This document shows positions 1-16,152 of a stretch of DNA of 64,000 nt, in pieces (the stretch's first letter is position 1; each line of letters starts with the position of its first letter). Location: NCBI GenBank assembly GCA_025201805.1, contig MU619250.1, positions 86,425 through 150,424 on the forward strand. The letters are read 5' to 3'. Under the pieces are notes generated by a model that was not told the origin of the DNA, searched no databases, and saw only the letters and a program-made list of their open reading frames with translations. Position numbers and translations under genes: made by a program. This DNA comes from Parasitella parasitica NRRL 2501 (Eukaryota > Fungi > Mucoromycota).

Positions 1-384
1 AAATGTTTTGGAAAGTTTTAAAAGACAGAGTCAAAAGAGGCAAGCTTAGTGATGTTGAAACTCTTACTTCTAGAGTTATTGAGGGCAGCGAAGATGTTCC
101 CGTTGAGCATTTACAAAATTTTATTCAACACTCAATCGATATTTTTCCAAAATGCATTAATAAAGAAGCTATATAATCACTTTTACATTTTATCAAAAAG
201 TGGTCAACTCAATTAAGTAAAAGTTGGTCAATTTATTTTCATAAAATTGGTCAAATTAGCTTCGAACATCTGGTCAAATCAGTCTCAAATTTTTGGGCAA
301 TTTAGCCTCACAAAAATGTCCAAAACAATTCAAAAAAGTGGGCGGAGTTTTCAAAAATTCGGTAAATTGGGAGTGGAAGCACAG
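1..384 (+). mobile_element. 3' end of a Tc1/mariner (IS630-like) DNA transposon: transposase C-terminus (3-176) plus right terminal region
   Basis: The frame at 3-176 reads MFWKVLKDRVKRGKLSDVETLTSRVIEGSEDVPVEHLQNFIQHSIDIFPKCINKEAI*, the region that follows the NPIE motif in Tc1 DDE transposases. It is followed by periodic GGTCAA motifs and ends ...GGAAGCACAG|TA, consistent with a TA target site. Confidence 0.8.
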
Positions 385-1269
385 TATATCCTCTGCGGAT
401 AACAATAGTTTGAGATGTAAAAGTCTTATATTGAGATATTCAAAACCCAAGCACGATAACTTATCTTCGCCAAAGTCAATCGGTTTGTTACCCTCTCTCT
501 TTTTCTTTCTTTTTCTTTTTGAGATTAAGACAAACTACGGAATTTCACTACATCATTGGGGATTTGATTTTATATGCACTGATCACTTCCACACGGTGAT
601 TCAATCAAGCAAGCGCGGTATATATTGGCAATTTTCCATCGTCTTAGCCCTTAAAACCCCTTATCTCAGAAACAGCTTTCAAATGACCGATATTACAAGA
701 AAAAAAGTGGTAGAAGCCATAAAAACAATCATAAGCTCTAAAAAAAAGAAATTAAATTTCAAAGTATATAGCTCATTTGTTTTATGATATACATATGCAT
801 TCTTTGTTTTTTTTCTGTCGTTCAGTGATAACCCTCTCAAATAACGAGGAAATAGGGATTTTGGATCTCGGTTTTGGAAAATCTGGCCGATCTGAGAAAG
901 AAAATATGCTGCTGAATTGTAAGATGTTGTAAGCTTGAGCAAAGCAAAATTAAGAGGTTGCTTGAATATCATTATCTAACCTTTCGCTCGACATTTTCTT
1001 TTCAATAAAATATAGCAAATTTTATTTTGCCACTGGAAGAAGCGAATTGAATTAGAGACTCTCGTGAAAGGATGACCCAAATAAATCATAACAAACATCA
1101 CCTTTTCAGCCATTTAGCTATCTTCAATTTTTACCATGTATGCTCAACGAGGATTGTCTACCCGCCAAAGCATATGACTTGAAAAAGTAATTATATCTTC
1201 ACACAATAGCTGCGCCTTGATCTAGAATCAGAATCAAGATAATATTCCTTGGTTAAGAGTATATGCATA

Positions 1270-1272
<3 letters not shown>

Positions 1273-1330
<58 letters not shown>

Positions 1331-1965
1331 NNNNNNNNNNNNNNNNNNNNNNNNNNNNNNNNNNNNNNNNNNNNNNNNNNNNNNNNNNNNNNNNNNNNNN
1401 NNNNNNNNNNNNNNNNNNNNNNNNNNNNNNNNNNNNNNNNNNNNNNNNNNNNNNNNNNNNNNNNNNNNNNNNNNNNNNNNNNNNNNNNNNNNNNNNNNNN
1501 NNNNNNNNNNNNNNNNNNNNNNNNNNNNNNNNNNNNNNNNNNNNNNNNNNNNNNNNNNNNNNNNNNNNNNNNNNNNNNNNNNNNNNNNNNNNNNNNNNNN
1601 NNNNNNNNNNNNNNNNNNNNNNNNNNNNNNNNNNNNNNNNNNNNNNNNNNNNNNNNNNNNNNNNNNNNNNNNNNNNNNNNNNNNNNNNNNNNNNNNNNNN
1701 NNNNNNNNNNNNNNNNNNNNNNNNNNNNNNNNNNNNNNNNNNNNNNNNNNNNNNNNNNNNNNNNNNNNNNNNNNNNNNNNNNNNNNNNNNNNNNNNNNNN
1801 NNNNNNNNNNNNNNNNNNNNNNNNNNNNNNNNNNNNNNNNNNNNNNNNNNNNNNNNNNNNNNNNNNNNNNNNNNNNNNNNNNNNNNNNNNNNNNNNNNNN
1901 NNNNNNNNNNNNNNNNNNNNNNNNNNNNNNNNNNNNNNNNNNNNNNNNNNNNNNNNNNNNNNNNN
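1273..1965. other. Poly-T run followed by assembly gap (N 1331-1965)
   Basis: Seen directly in the sequence. Confidence 0.99.
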
Positions 1966-3369
1966 CAGATTGTTTCCTTTTCTCTGGCACTTTCTTATAC
2001 CTTTAGGTGATTCGGTGTCTTCTAGTGCAGAAGGTTTTGTCAGACAAGTACCAAGCTGGGTTCTCAATATCCAGTTGCGCAGTAGAACAGCTAGTCAAAC
2101 CTGTGCCATTTTTTCCATGTTGTTGGAATGATTCAAAAGTGTATGTCTTTGTAGATTTTAGGCGCCTATTTTTTTTTTTTTTTTGGTCTACGCGAACTTC
2201 AGTGTGTTGTTGTCAGATAAAAGACAAAAACTGTAAGAAAACAATGTTTAGTGATCTCAAACACAAAAAAAAGTAGTCAAAATTAATGCATTAGACTATA
2301 AGGCACTTTTTGATTACATATTTGCATAGCTTGGAGCAAGTTATTGTACTTTTTAAGTTGAAATCAGATGAAGGTAGCGACTTTTCTGACTTTTTTTAAG
2401 GGAAGTATTTTTCAAAATCGGAGCGTGAGATCGTCAGGCCAGGCACAGATATGCAAGAAATATCATTAGAAAGCCAAGGAGCACACAATTTAAATAAACT
2501 AAATTTTACCTATTTTTCTTTTTATTCGGGTGAGCTATGCCTTCTCAAAGCTATTGCTTTCTTCAAAAAAACACCATTTTTCTTTGATAGCGGAGATTAA
2601 ACGCGTCCAAAATCAGGAAAGAAAACTTCTTTCAGAAACTCCATTTGTACAATTAGAAAACAAAATTACTTCTTTAAGGCAAGATATCGTCCCCTGATAC
2701 TATGCATACCCCGGCTGTCAGTCTATGATAATAGCTGTGCTTTTGGACGCTCTACACGATGGTATTATTTCATAATTCTCGTATGCTTATGGAGGGAATT
2801 ATGTCGAGAAAACATCAAAACAGATTAAGAGGAAAAAGTCGATATTTTGCTTAATCAGAGCGCATTTCCACTCTTTCGGATCAAGGAATGGTCTTTTACA
2901 ATCATTTTCCTCTAATATATGCTATAGTAAAAAGTTGCATTTTTGGGGTCAAAATTGAGGATAATGCGTAATCGATGATTTTGGATGTGTGGATACAAGG
3001 AAAAAATCGAAAAAATCCGTCATTTTGCATCGAAAAAAAAATCATGCCCAAATTGCACCAAAATCATATATAATATAGTCTTTTCCCAATGGATACTATT
3101 TCTGGCGTTTTCAAGGCACTTTCAATTATGAAAATCAATCAAAAAATGGCACGCGAAGCTAAATTTCTCGCTTTTAAGCCTTATGGTCCGTTGGTATTTG
3201 TTCAGTTTCAGGTATCTGAAGTACATGTCGATAGTGCTGATAAAGAATTTTTATTGTATTGAAAAATAAATAATAAAAAAAAACCCCAGATAGTCATTCA
3301 TTTAAAAATACCTGCACAATGGCTATTTGATCAAAAATAAAATAATTAGGGCGTCGCAATTTCGCATAT

Positions 3370-4178
3370 TCAGGTCTTGCTGATGAAGTTCAACAATTTG
3401 CTGATTATCTATTTCAGGTTGGTCAAGTTACTGTCCCTATAATTACTCTGTCCAAAGACACAACTTCCCGAGTTTACCCAAAATTCGTAAGAAGATGCTC
3501 ATACCTGGAGATAATTTAGTTAATTTGATATGAAGCATATTCTTTGATATTGCCACTGCGGCTAACAGTCTTGATTACTTTGTTGGGAAGGCCACCTTGG
3601 CTTCCAAAAACAGAGATTTCAAGGCGATAAACAATATACTCTTTGAGTGCATTCAAAGGCGCAAAATGTCGTATCTCGGTAGTGATCAAGATTGTGAAGA
3701 TGAATCGCAATTGACAATGCCGGTTGAAATGGTTAAAGCCATCGAAAATGAGTCTTTGCCTCCTCGGATTCTTGATTTGATGAAATGGGTAATCCAATTG
3801 TGGCAATCAGAAGAATTGATCCTGCTGCTGGCATCTGTAATGGTGCGAGATTAATCGTCGTTAACTCACTAATGACGAGCGTCATCGAAGCAATCATTGC
3901 TATTGGGCCCAATGCTGGTAACATTGTCCTTATCCCTAAAATCAAATTCATCTCTCTTGCCACTGAAGGCATTTCAGCTTTTAATTTTCAACGAATCCAG
4001 CTTCCTGTAAGACAGACATTTGCTGGATTCTGTCGGTTTGTACCTACCAAGCCATTTATTTGGTCATGGTCAGCTGTATGTCGCTTTAGCACGAGCTGTA
4101 CGCCGCTTTTGTGAAAGGGTAAATTTACCGCAGCAAAGGTAGAAATTTATCCGAATGTGGCGGTGTGATACAGCTCGT
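3370..4178 (+). pseudogene. Decayed Helitron PIF1-like helicase C-terminal fragment with putative Helitron 3' end
   Basis: Broken frames give ...VQQFADYLFQVG..., LASKNRDFKAIN, LPPRILDL, GNPIVAIRRIDPAAGICNGARLIV...VLIPKI...FQRIQLPVRQTFA and LDSVGLYLPSHLFGHGQLYVALAR. Stops and frameshifts are present and the MTINKSQGQ motif is deleted. The region ends in a hairpin plus CAGCTCGT. Confidence 0.85.
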
Positions 4179-4393
4179 TTTAGATTAAAATACTGTACTC
4201 GATGGAGTTAGAATCGACAAGAGCTCATTTCCAATTTTGTACAAGAGACACGCAATTTGAACATTTGAGGAAACTTTGACACTTTCTGGAGTTTTGCTGC
4301 GGTTTATTGCCACTTTACCTCGCTGTTTCCTTGTTCGGCATTTCAACAAATGATGGCAAATCAAGAATATAAATACAATTGAAAAATTTTCTG

Positions 4394-4397
<4 letters not shown>

Positions 4398-4454
<57 letters not shown>
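4398..4454. repeat. 57-nt poly(T) tract immediately upstream of the ABC gene
   Basis: Seen directly in the sequence. Confidence 0.95.
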
Positions 4455-4460
<6 letters not shown>

Positions 4461-4486
4461 AAAAATAATTCCTTTTTTTTGGGGGG

Positions 4487-7400
4487 GTGGAAGATTCTTC
4501 ATTGAGGGATCAGCCGAATTATGCCCATTCAAACAACAGCACAATCGATGCAGATGTCACTGCCAACAAGAGAGTCGGCCATAATGACACATTTGGTGAA
4601 TCAGAAGCAAATCAAGTGAACATTGAAGGTAAATTTCAAGTTTTGCCTGCCCACCCTTCATTACACTAACCGCAAAATCGTCTATATCCAGATGCCAAAA
4701 ATGAGTACGAAGAGCTTCGCCGTGAATTGAGTACAAGGAGCCAGCGAGGATCGCTCTCCAAGGCTGAGGAAGGTGTGTCGAGCTCCGAGGATTTCGATCT
4801 AGATCAGTTTTTGCATGGCATTTCTAGAGAGCAAGACGAAAACGGCCACAAGCGCAAGCATTTAGGTGTCACTTGGAAGAATTTGCATGTCGAGGTAAAA
4901 TCATTCTGAATGATCTGCTCCCACACAAGCAACGCTAACATTGTCAAACAGGGTCTCGGTGCTGATGCTTTTTCAATCCCAACCGTCTTTAGCAACATAC
5001 TCTCCGTTGTTCAATTTTGGAAGTTCTTTCAGAAAAAAAATACTAGCACCAAGGTGATTATTGACGATCTTACCGGCTGCTGTAAGGATGGCGAAATGCT
5101 TCTGGTATTAGGCCGTCCCGGTGCTGGTTGCACATCCTTCCTTAAAGTGATTTCCAACATGAGGGAATCGTACACTTATATCGGAGGCGATGTCAGTTAT
5201 GGCGGCATCGACCCCAAGACATTTGCCGAGAGATACAGAGGCCAAGTGTGTTACAATGAGGAAGAAGATCAACATTACCCCACTCTTACCACCAAACAAA
5301 CACTCCAATTCGCCCTGCGCACAAAAACTCCTGGAAAACGTATTCCCGGTGAAACCAAAGACGATTTCGTTGATCGCGTCCTGTACATGCTGGGCAACAT
5401 GCTGGGCTTGACAAAGCAAATGGATACCATGGTCGGCAACGCCTTTGTCAGAGGCCTCTCGGGCGGCGAGCGTAAACGTCTCTCCATTGCTGAACAAATG
5501 ACAACGAGCAGCACCATTAACTGCTGGGATTGCTCTACTCGTGGCCTCGACGCCGCTTCTGCTTTGGATTATGTGCGCTCATTGAGGATTATGACTGACG
5601 TATTCGACATTACAACGATTGCCACGCTCTACCAAGCCTCAAACAGCATCTTCAACCTATTTGACAAGGTTCTGCTCTTGGATGAAGGCCGCTGTATCTA
5701 TTTTGGCCCCACTAGCGGAGCCAAGCAGTACTTTGACGATCTTGGTTTCCATTGTCCTCCTCGCAAATCGCTCCCTGATTTTTTGACCGGTCTCTGTAAT
5801 CCATTAGAGCGTGAATTCAAGCCTGGGTTCCAAGATACAGCACCCAAGCATGCCATTGAATTCCAAGAAAAGTTTTATCAGTCTGAGGTGCACAAATCTA
5901 TGATGCGCGATCTTGAAGAATACCAACAAAGGCTCGCTGCTGAAAGTAAGGCGAATAAATTTGAAGACGCTGTCCGCGAAGAACATCAAAAGCGTGCTCC
6001 TAAAAAGACCCCCTACATTGCCTCTTTCTTCCAGCAAGTCAAGGCACTTACCATACGTGAGCATCATTTGCTTATCAGAGACAGCGAGGCATTGATCTCT
6101 CGTTATGGCACCATGCTTATTCAAGGCTTGATCACAGCCTCTTGCTTCTTCTTGCTTCCTTTGGATGGACAAGGTGCATTCAGTCGTGGGGGTGCAATCT
6201 TTTTCTCTGCAATGTTCAATACCTTTATCTCGCAATCCGAGCTTGTTCGTTTCTTGATGGGCCGTCCTATTCTTGAAAAGCACAAGCAATATGCCTTATA
6301 CAGACCGTCTGCCTATTATATTGCCCAAGTTACAATGGATATACCCTACAGCCTGGCTCAAGTTTTATTGTACAACATTTGCTCTTACTTTATGATGGGC
6401 CTCAATCTCACTGCAGGCAGATTCTTTACTTCGTTTCTCATTCTTTTCGTATTGACCATGTGTATGACTGGATTCTTCCGTTTCTTTGGCGCTATTTCCT
6501 CTAGCTTTTTTATGGCTACTCAGATCACTGGTGTCTTGCTCATTGCTACTACCACGTACACTGGCTATACCATTCCCTATCAAAAGATGCATCCTTGGTT
6601 GTTCTGGATCTACTATATCAACCCCATCACATATGCCTACAAGGCCTTGATCTCGAATGAAATGCAAGGCCAAGTGTATTCTTGCGAAGGTACCGGCAAC
6701 TCTATCCCCTCTGGACCTGGTTATGAGGACTGGAACTATAAAGTCTGTACCATGGCTGGTGGAAATGCTGGGGAGAACTTTGTTCGTGGCGATGACTATC
6801 TTCGTACGGCATTCTCTTACAACCCTGAAGATCTTTGGGCTCCGGATTTCGTAGTCGTGGTTGCTTTCTTTATCTTTTTCACCATTCTCACTGCGTTGGC
6901 TATGGAATATGTCAAACTAAACAAGTCAGGAAGTCTCACAAAGCTCTACTTGCCTGGAAAAGCCCCCAAACCTCGCACTACTGAGGAAGAAGACGAGCGT
7001 CGCCGTCAGCAAGACAAGGTTACTGAAAGTATGGATAAAATGTCTACTGGTACTACGTTTTCATGGCAGCATGTCAACTATACGGTTCCTATCAAAGGAG
7101 GCTCTATCCAATTGTTGAACGATATCAACGGTATTGTAAAACCTGGCCATTTAACGGCTTTGATGGGTTCTTCTGGTGCTGGTAAAACTACTCTTCTGGA
7201 CGTCCTTGCTCGTAGAAAGACTCTCGGTACAGTTGAGGGTGACATCTACTTGAACAACGAGAGTCTTATGAGTGATTTTGAACGTATCACTGGCTATTGT
7301 GAGCAAATGGATGTTCATCAGCCTGCTGTCACTGTTCGTGAGGCCCTTCGCTTCTCTGCCTATTTACGTCAACCTGCTGAAGTCTCCAAGGAAGAAAAGG

Positions 7401-9006
7401 ACGAATACGTTGAACAGATTATTCAACTGCTGGAAATGGTCGACATTGGTGATGCTCAAATTGGCCAAGTAGAATCTGGCTTTGGTATCTCTGTAGAAGA
7501 ACGAAAACGTCTTACGATTGGTATGGAACTCGTTGGTAAACCTCAACTGCTCTTTTTGGATGAACCTACTTCTGGTCTTGACGCACAAAGCTCCTTCAAT
7601 ATCATTCGATTTATTCGTAAGCTTGCCGATGCAGGCTGGCCAGTGCTGTGCACTATTCATCAACCTTCTGCCATCTTATTTGAGTACTTTGACCATCTTT
7701 TGCTCTTGGTTCGTGGTGGTCGCACCGCTTACTATGGTGAAATCGGTCCAGATTCTCGCACCATGATTGATTACTTTGAATCTAATGGTGGCCCCAAATG
7801 TTCTCCTGATGCTAACCCTGCTGAATACATCTTGGAAGTAGTTGGTGCTGGAACTGCTGGTAAAGCTAGTAAGGATTGGGCTGAAGTATGGCAAACCTCC
7901 AAAGAATGCAAGATTCTTGATGCTGAACTCGATGAAATCAATGCCACTGCCAACAAGAATCCTACTCGTGAAGCTCACACTTACTCTACATCGATGGCTA
8001 CTCAATTCCGTCTCGTATATGGCCGTATGGCTCTTGCTTACTGGCGTTCGTCCGATTACAACATTGGCCGTTTCCTCAACCTCATGTTTACTTCTCTCAT
8101 CACAGGCTTCACTTTCTGGAAATTAGGCGCATCTTCTTCGGATATGCTGTACAAAATTTTTGCTTTGTTTGGCACATTTATCATGTGCTTTACGATGATT
8201 ATTCTGGCACAACCCAAGTTCATGACAGAGCGTATGTATTTCCGTCGCGAATATGCCTCTAGCTACTATGGCTGGTTACCTTGGGGCATTTCCGCTATTT
8301 TGGTTGAAATTCCTTACGTCTTTTTCTTTGCTGCTACCTTCATGTTTGGTGAGATAAAAAGCTACTAAACACATTGAACCATGTACTAACAGTATACAAC
8401 AAAATAGGCTTCTATTGGACTACAGGCATGCAAAACACTGCCTCTGCTTGCGGCTACTTTTATATCACATTCGTGGTAATTGTATGCTGGGCTGTCACCT
8501 TGGGTTTCGTTATTGCCGCCGTTGCTGAATTGCCAACCATGGCTGCGATTATCAATCCTTTGATTCTGTCTCTCCTCATTTTATTCTGCGGTTTGATGCA
8601 ATCGCCTAAGGCTATGCCCAAGTTTTGGAGCTCCTGGATGTACTGGCTTGACCCTTTCCATTACTATGTTGAGGGCCTTACTGTCAATGAACTCGAAAAC
8701 TTGAAGATTGTTTGTACAGATGAGGATCTTCTTCGTTTCTCTCCTCCTCCTGGTCAAACATGCGGACAATACACTGCAAAATTCTTTGCTTACGGAGCAC
8801 CTGGTTATGTCGCAAATCCTGATGCTATGCAACCTGAACAGTGCGGCTATTGTACATATAAGTCAGGCCCTGAATTCTATGAGTCTAACATGGGTTGGAG
8901 CGCTGGCAACAAATGGCGCAACTTTGGCATCCTAATTGCTTTCTTTATATTCAACATAATTGTCTTTTTAGGCCTCGTTTATTGGAAAAGAAAGGGCAGA
9001 AGATAG
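4487..9006 (+). CDS. Full-size PDR-type ABCG multidrug transporter (NBD-TMD-NBD-TMD); introns ~4629-4691, 4895-4951, 8349-8407
   Basis: NBD1 GRPGAGCTS (Cys Walker A typical of fungal PDR), LSGGERKR, CWDCSTRGLD; NBD2 GSSGAGKTT, ISVEERKRLTIG, FLDEPTSGLD; Cys-rich extracellular loops. The start codon is uncertain (GTG after a G run). Confidence 0.96.
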
Positions 9007-10391
9007 ATCTGTTTCAACCTTTTTTTCAATTGTGAATACTCTTATTTTCATTTTTTTATATTTTTACATAATTCATTTTCTGATTAATAATGTTTCCATT
9101 TAGAGCATTTGCTGTTATCATTTCATGTATTCTAGTTGCAACATATCTCCTCTTCTCATTTCTGACAAATAAACGATACTTGACATTTATCCCATTTATA
9201 TACACCTTTTAATAAGAAAAAAGAATTCTGATATAGGCTCTATGAATTTTTTTTTTTTTCATAAATCTTTCGGCTATATCGTTACATTTCCTGCGAGTTT
9301 GAGGTAACAAGAAAATAAACAATCATCTCAATTTTTTATATGGTATTATTTGATGTATTCAATTCATTTTCAATCATTAGGTAACAACATTTCTCACAGA
9401 AAATGAAAACCAAATTTTTTTTTGCATGTAATAGGAATTAGTTTAGTTTCAAAGGAAAATATTGGACTTTTTGACTAAATAATCTTGTTAAATAGAGCTA
9501 TTGTTTTTGCAACAACTTGCAAAAGAATGCTCCAGGTAGATGCTTGTTTAAATATAAAATATTGATATCTGCAAATAGAAGCCTTACAAAGCTATCTGAA
9601 TTAGCTCTGACTGTTGCAAATAGTGCCGTAAATTATAACACGCAATTTTTTTCTGGCTTCATTTTGAAAATAATGCTTTCGATTTCCTTCTGCTGCTATC
9701 GTTTTAATTTAGTAACTGTTGTCAAAAGGCATTTAACCACATTTCAGCTCTTTTTGCGAGAAAGGAATCATAAACGTGTCGATTAGAGGATAGAGTCTCG
9801 ATATTACCTTGGGCAGTTTCTTATTTCATTTAGTACAATTTATTTCAATTGTTATTAGTAGATTTCATGGCTACATTGATTTATTAGCAGACCCTCTGTC
9901 AAATAAGATTCATGCAGATCGCCAGGATAAGCGTATTTTGTTTAAACCCAAACAATAAGCACCAAGCGTAGCGAAAAGTGCGAGCAGAAACAGTACATAC
10001 CCTTAGTTTATACAAGTGAATAGTTTTTATACATCTCGAATCCATAGCCACTCTTCGTATACGTGTATGAAACGTCTTATAAAGGATTTACAAAAATCGG
10101 TGCTCCTCTCGGTTAGATTTACGAAATTCAGCACGGTTATCTCAAATGTCTGTGTAAACAGTGCACATATTGTGCAACAAGACACGCATGATACAGGAAA
10201 TATTAACCACATTAGCCAACAGCACTGAAATATTAGTCGTTTAAAAGTTATGTGTCTCTTATTGGTAGGCTTTGATATGCTGTGATACACCGTGTCTCCC
10301 TTTTTTTGTATAAGTACTCGAGTACAATCAAAAGTTTAGATCCGTTTCCTTTCTTGTTTTTTTTTACCCATTTAAAACAAGCTCATTTACA

Positions 10392-12568
<2,177 letters not shown>

Positions 12569-12799
12569 TAATATACCCTGTTTATTTAGACATACACTTT
12601 GAACTTTTTGAATAAAAGAGACCGCTTACTTTTTGCTGAATCTTTTGCACCTATTTGTACGCATTGCTTATCTATGATATCGAGTATTTGATATGAATGA
12701 TGTCAGATGTAAGTATGTATGGAATACGGCTAGCCAAAGAGTATTTTTCGTTTCTTTTCCTTTTTTTTTTTCCATGCGTCCTAATTCATACTTTAAATA

Positions 12800-14578
12800 A
12801 TGGTACAGTATTTAACACCCAAGCTACTCTATATTTGCCTGTACGGCGTATTAGGTTCAGCAATTCCATATCTCTCGCTGTTTTATGCAGATAGCTTGCA
12901 CTTGTCGTCACAACAGATTGGCATTATCTTGGCCATAGCTCCTTTTGTCCAGAGTGTGGCCTGTCCGTTTTGGACGATGCAAGTGGACAAAAGACCCCAA
13001 TGGCATGGCACTCTCATGGCGATTCTGATGTTTATAGGAGGCATCAGCATCGTCTCCCTCATGTTTGTACCCGTGGTTCTTGCTCAAGGAGCGCCATTCG
13101 CAACACTGTCAATTACAGTCGCTCTTGCAGTTAGTTTTGCTTTTTTCGGACAGCCAGTAACTGTACTGGTCGACAGTGCCGTATTGAAGATACTAGGAGA
13201 GAATGGTGTATATTATGGTAAGCGGGAACGTGGAGAAAGAGAATTATATATATATATATATATACAAAAAGGCAGATTAGCAGATTTACTGTATATTTTA
13301 CTTGTACTGCTATGTAGGCGATCAGCGGCTGTGGGGATCGATATCAAATGGCGTTTGTATCCTGGCTGTTGGATATTTCATTGGCCAATTTGGAATCAAC
13401 TGTGCTTTTTACATATTTGGTGTCAGTGTAATGGCATTTATCTCAATTGCCCTGTGTACGAGCGTAGTTGTTACAGACAGCAGGTTAACAAATGTAGCCG
13501 ACGGGGAGCGAGATCCGCTTCTAATTACACAAGCTAATAAAGGATTTTACTCGGCAGACCCGATTATCGATGATGACCTGATTGACTTCGATGTTCCTTC
13601 GCCCAACGTTCGACGTATCAGTAGCACAGCCAGTAGTCATGCAAACACACTGCTTCTCGATAATGAGCAGAGTCTACTAAACTTACAACGCACCGTGACA
13701 TCGCTGGTGGCTCGCGATGTGCATGATGAAACCAACGTATTGCTTGATCAGATGGGCAGCTTACCGCCTTTGGGTCTCGCCTTATCCCACATCCCGACAG
13801 TCGACACCTCATTGGCAGCATTTGCCAGTGTTTTGGACCAACACGAAGCATACGAGATGGGAGTAAGTTTGAAGAGTACGGTATTCGGATCAGCCAAAGT
13901 TTGGACATTCTTATTCATGACGCTATTATTCGGCGTATTCTATTCGATGGTTGCACAGTTCTTGTTCCTATTTTTAAAGCAGGACCTAGAGCTAAGCTCG
14001 TCTGCAATAGGATGGACGGGGCCGCTTGGAGGACTAGCAGAAGTTTCGACGTTTTACGTCTCTCGGCTTGTAAGTTGTTTATGTACGAATTTGTATGATG
14101 ACAGCCGACTAAATTTGTATGTTTTTGCAGCTGCTAAAGAAGTACAATATCAATAGTCTGGTCACTTGCTCACATCTGACCATTATCCTCAGAAATGTAG
14201 TTTATAAAACGCTAGTTCCGAAACAAAGCACAGTTTGGATAGTATTATCCTTACAATTACTAACTGGTAAGTTCAAGTACAACAGATATTCAGCACCATA
14301 GTAATATATTCTTTGTGCGTGCGTATTAAGGTTTTTCCTATGCAATGATCTGGTCAACTTGTGTATCAGAAGTAGACTTGATGTTTCCAGACGACCAAAG
14401 GGCAGTTGCACAGGGCATTCTTGCTGCTCTGTTCTCAGGTCTTGGATTTGGACTGGGCTGTATTCTGGGTGGTTTTGCGTATGATAATTATGGATCCCAA
14501 ATGCTGTTCAATGTGTCCATTGCTGTCGCAGTTATCAGCTTAATCGTATTTTGGTGTGGTAGATTATCCAAATCTTAA
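12800..14578 (+). CDS. MFS transporter (MFS_1-like/MFSD6-like) with long central loop; 4 exons
   Basis: Hydrophobic helices, LSSQQIGII, YG(D)QRLWGS and QRAVAQGILAALFSGLGFGLGCILGG; GT-AG introns join the ORF pieces. Confidence 0.88.
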
Positions 14579-15008
14579 TCGAATTACTTGGTCCTTCCTC
14601 ACTCCTTTTTCTTTTCTTTTCCTCCTACTATAATATATTTTATTAAGTCTCCTTCTTTCACTCCTAATGCTAAATAATTATACCAGCCTGCTCAATAAAA
14701 GGTATATGTACAGGCTAATAATTGACCCTGTATTGTGGTAGAACTACTCCCTTCTATTACATCTCAGGCTCATCACCAGACTGCGCTTCCTCTTTACATG
14801 CATCCTCAACTTGCGCCACAAAGAGCATAAAGCTTAATTAACCAAGGCGGGGCACAAACCCTCCTTGTGTGTGTAAGACACACAATCCCACCCCCCATAT
14901 CTTATCCTCCTATCATTTTGAATTGCAAATCTTGATTTAATCTGAAAAAATCATCTAATGCTGAGTTTATTCGATTACACATGGGCGACGTGGCGGATTC
15001 AGGTACCA

Positions 15009-15168
15009 NNNNNNNNNNNNNNNNNNNNNNNNNNNNNNNNNNNNNNNNNNNNNNNNNNNNNNNNNNNNNNNNNNNNNNNNNNNNNNNNNNNNNNNNNNNN
15101 NNNNNNNNNNNNNNNNNNNNNNNNNNNNNNNNNNNNNNNNNNNNNNNNNNNNNNNNNNNNNNNNNNNN
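15009..15168. other. Assembly gap
   Basis: N run. Confidence 0.99.
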
Positions 15169-16152
15169 AAAGACCTAAAAGAAGAGATTATCAAAAATAG
15201 ATGATATCCGAGGTTTCATGATATAGTTGATAATCTAGCATTCTTGACGATTTGTATTGAGCACAAATGACAGGATTCCATGAAAAAACTTTTATTTTGC
15301 AAATACAAAGCACACTATTGGTATGTTTGCTGCATACAATAAGGACAAAGATCCCTAGATGATTCTATATAATACCTTCTCTGTTTCGATTTTATTCCTT
15401 TTTTGATTGCACACATGGCTTAAATTTTAAGATTTTCCAACATTAGTAAGTTTAGGCGTCGAGAGCCTTATTCTTTTTTCTAACATGTTAAACTCTAGAT
15501 TTAGTCAAATATAGACGACATGAATTAAGAACAAATGTAACAACTACAACGAATATATTGTGCTACATGAAATGAAAAATATTTATGCTCTCCTAACTCA
15601 CCCCCTTTTGCTTTTTTCTCCCCCTCCTATAAAAGTACTTTCTCCGTGGGTATACATGGCTGTTTGCTGACCCAAATAGAATATTAGAACACCAAAAATA
15701 CTGGGAAAAATGTCTTTTCTCCAACTCTGAATACAAATAATATTAAACCGGGCTCTTTGATGACACATTTCTGACATGTGCATCTCGTTTTACCATCTTC
15801 CTGGTGTCGATTTCTGCCGAAATATGTATTTTGCATGTTGCGCGCACTCTATAGATGTCAGAGAATGAGCATAAAGAAAAGCAGAAGAAAGAATATTCTA
15901 CTTATAGCCCGGTCGATAGATTGGGTCAAAGAAAGCCCAAAAAGAAAACAGCCTCCTTATTCTGTTCACTTTCTTTATCATCAAGAAAGAATTGCAATTC
16001 CTAGTATGGAAATAGTTTCTTCTAAACTTGACATGAATTTGACGCATATTCTCAAATGATTTTAGGCTGTACAACAGACACACACTCCACTATTATATAA
16101 ATCATATTCTAGCTTTTGTATTCTTTATACTTTTTTTTGCTTCCATACCAAC

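Noticed and set aside
1234-2067. Long ORFs spanning the first gap (also ORFs across 14958-15200)
   Set aside because: Artefacts of N runs and poly-T.
390-3300. Non-coding DNA around the gap that may be further TE terminal sequence
   Set aside because: I could not identify matching inverted repeats, target duplications or coding remnants.
4481-4489. Apparent GTG start of the ABC transporter
   Set aside because: It lies in a G run just after long homopolymers, so a base-calling error hiding an ATG is more likely than non-AUG initiation.
5108-8126. Many short antisense or alternate-frame ORFs inside ABC, PRP6, SCC3 and other genes
   Set aside because: Shadow ORFs of real coding sequence.
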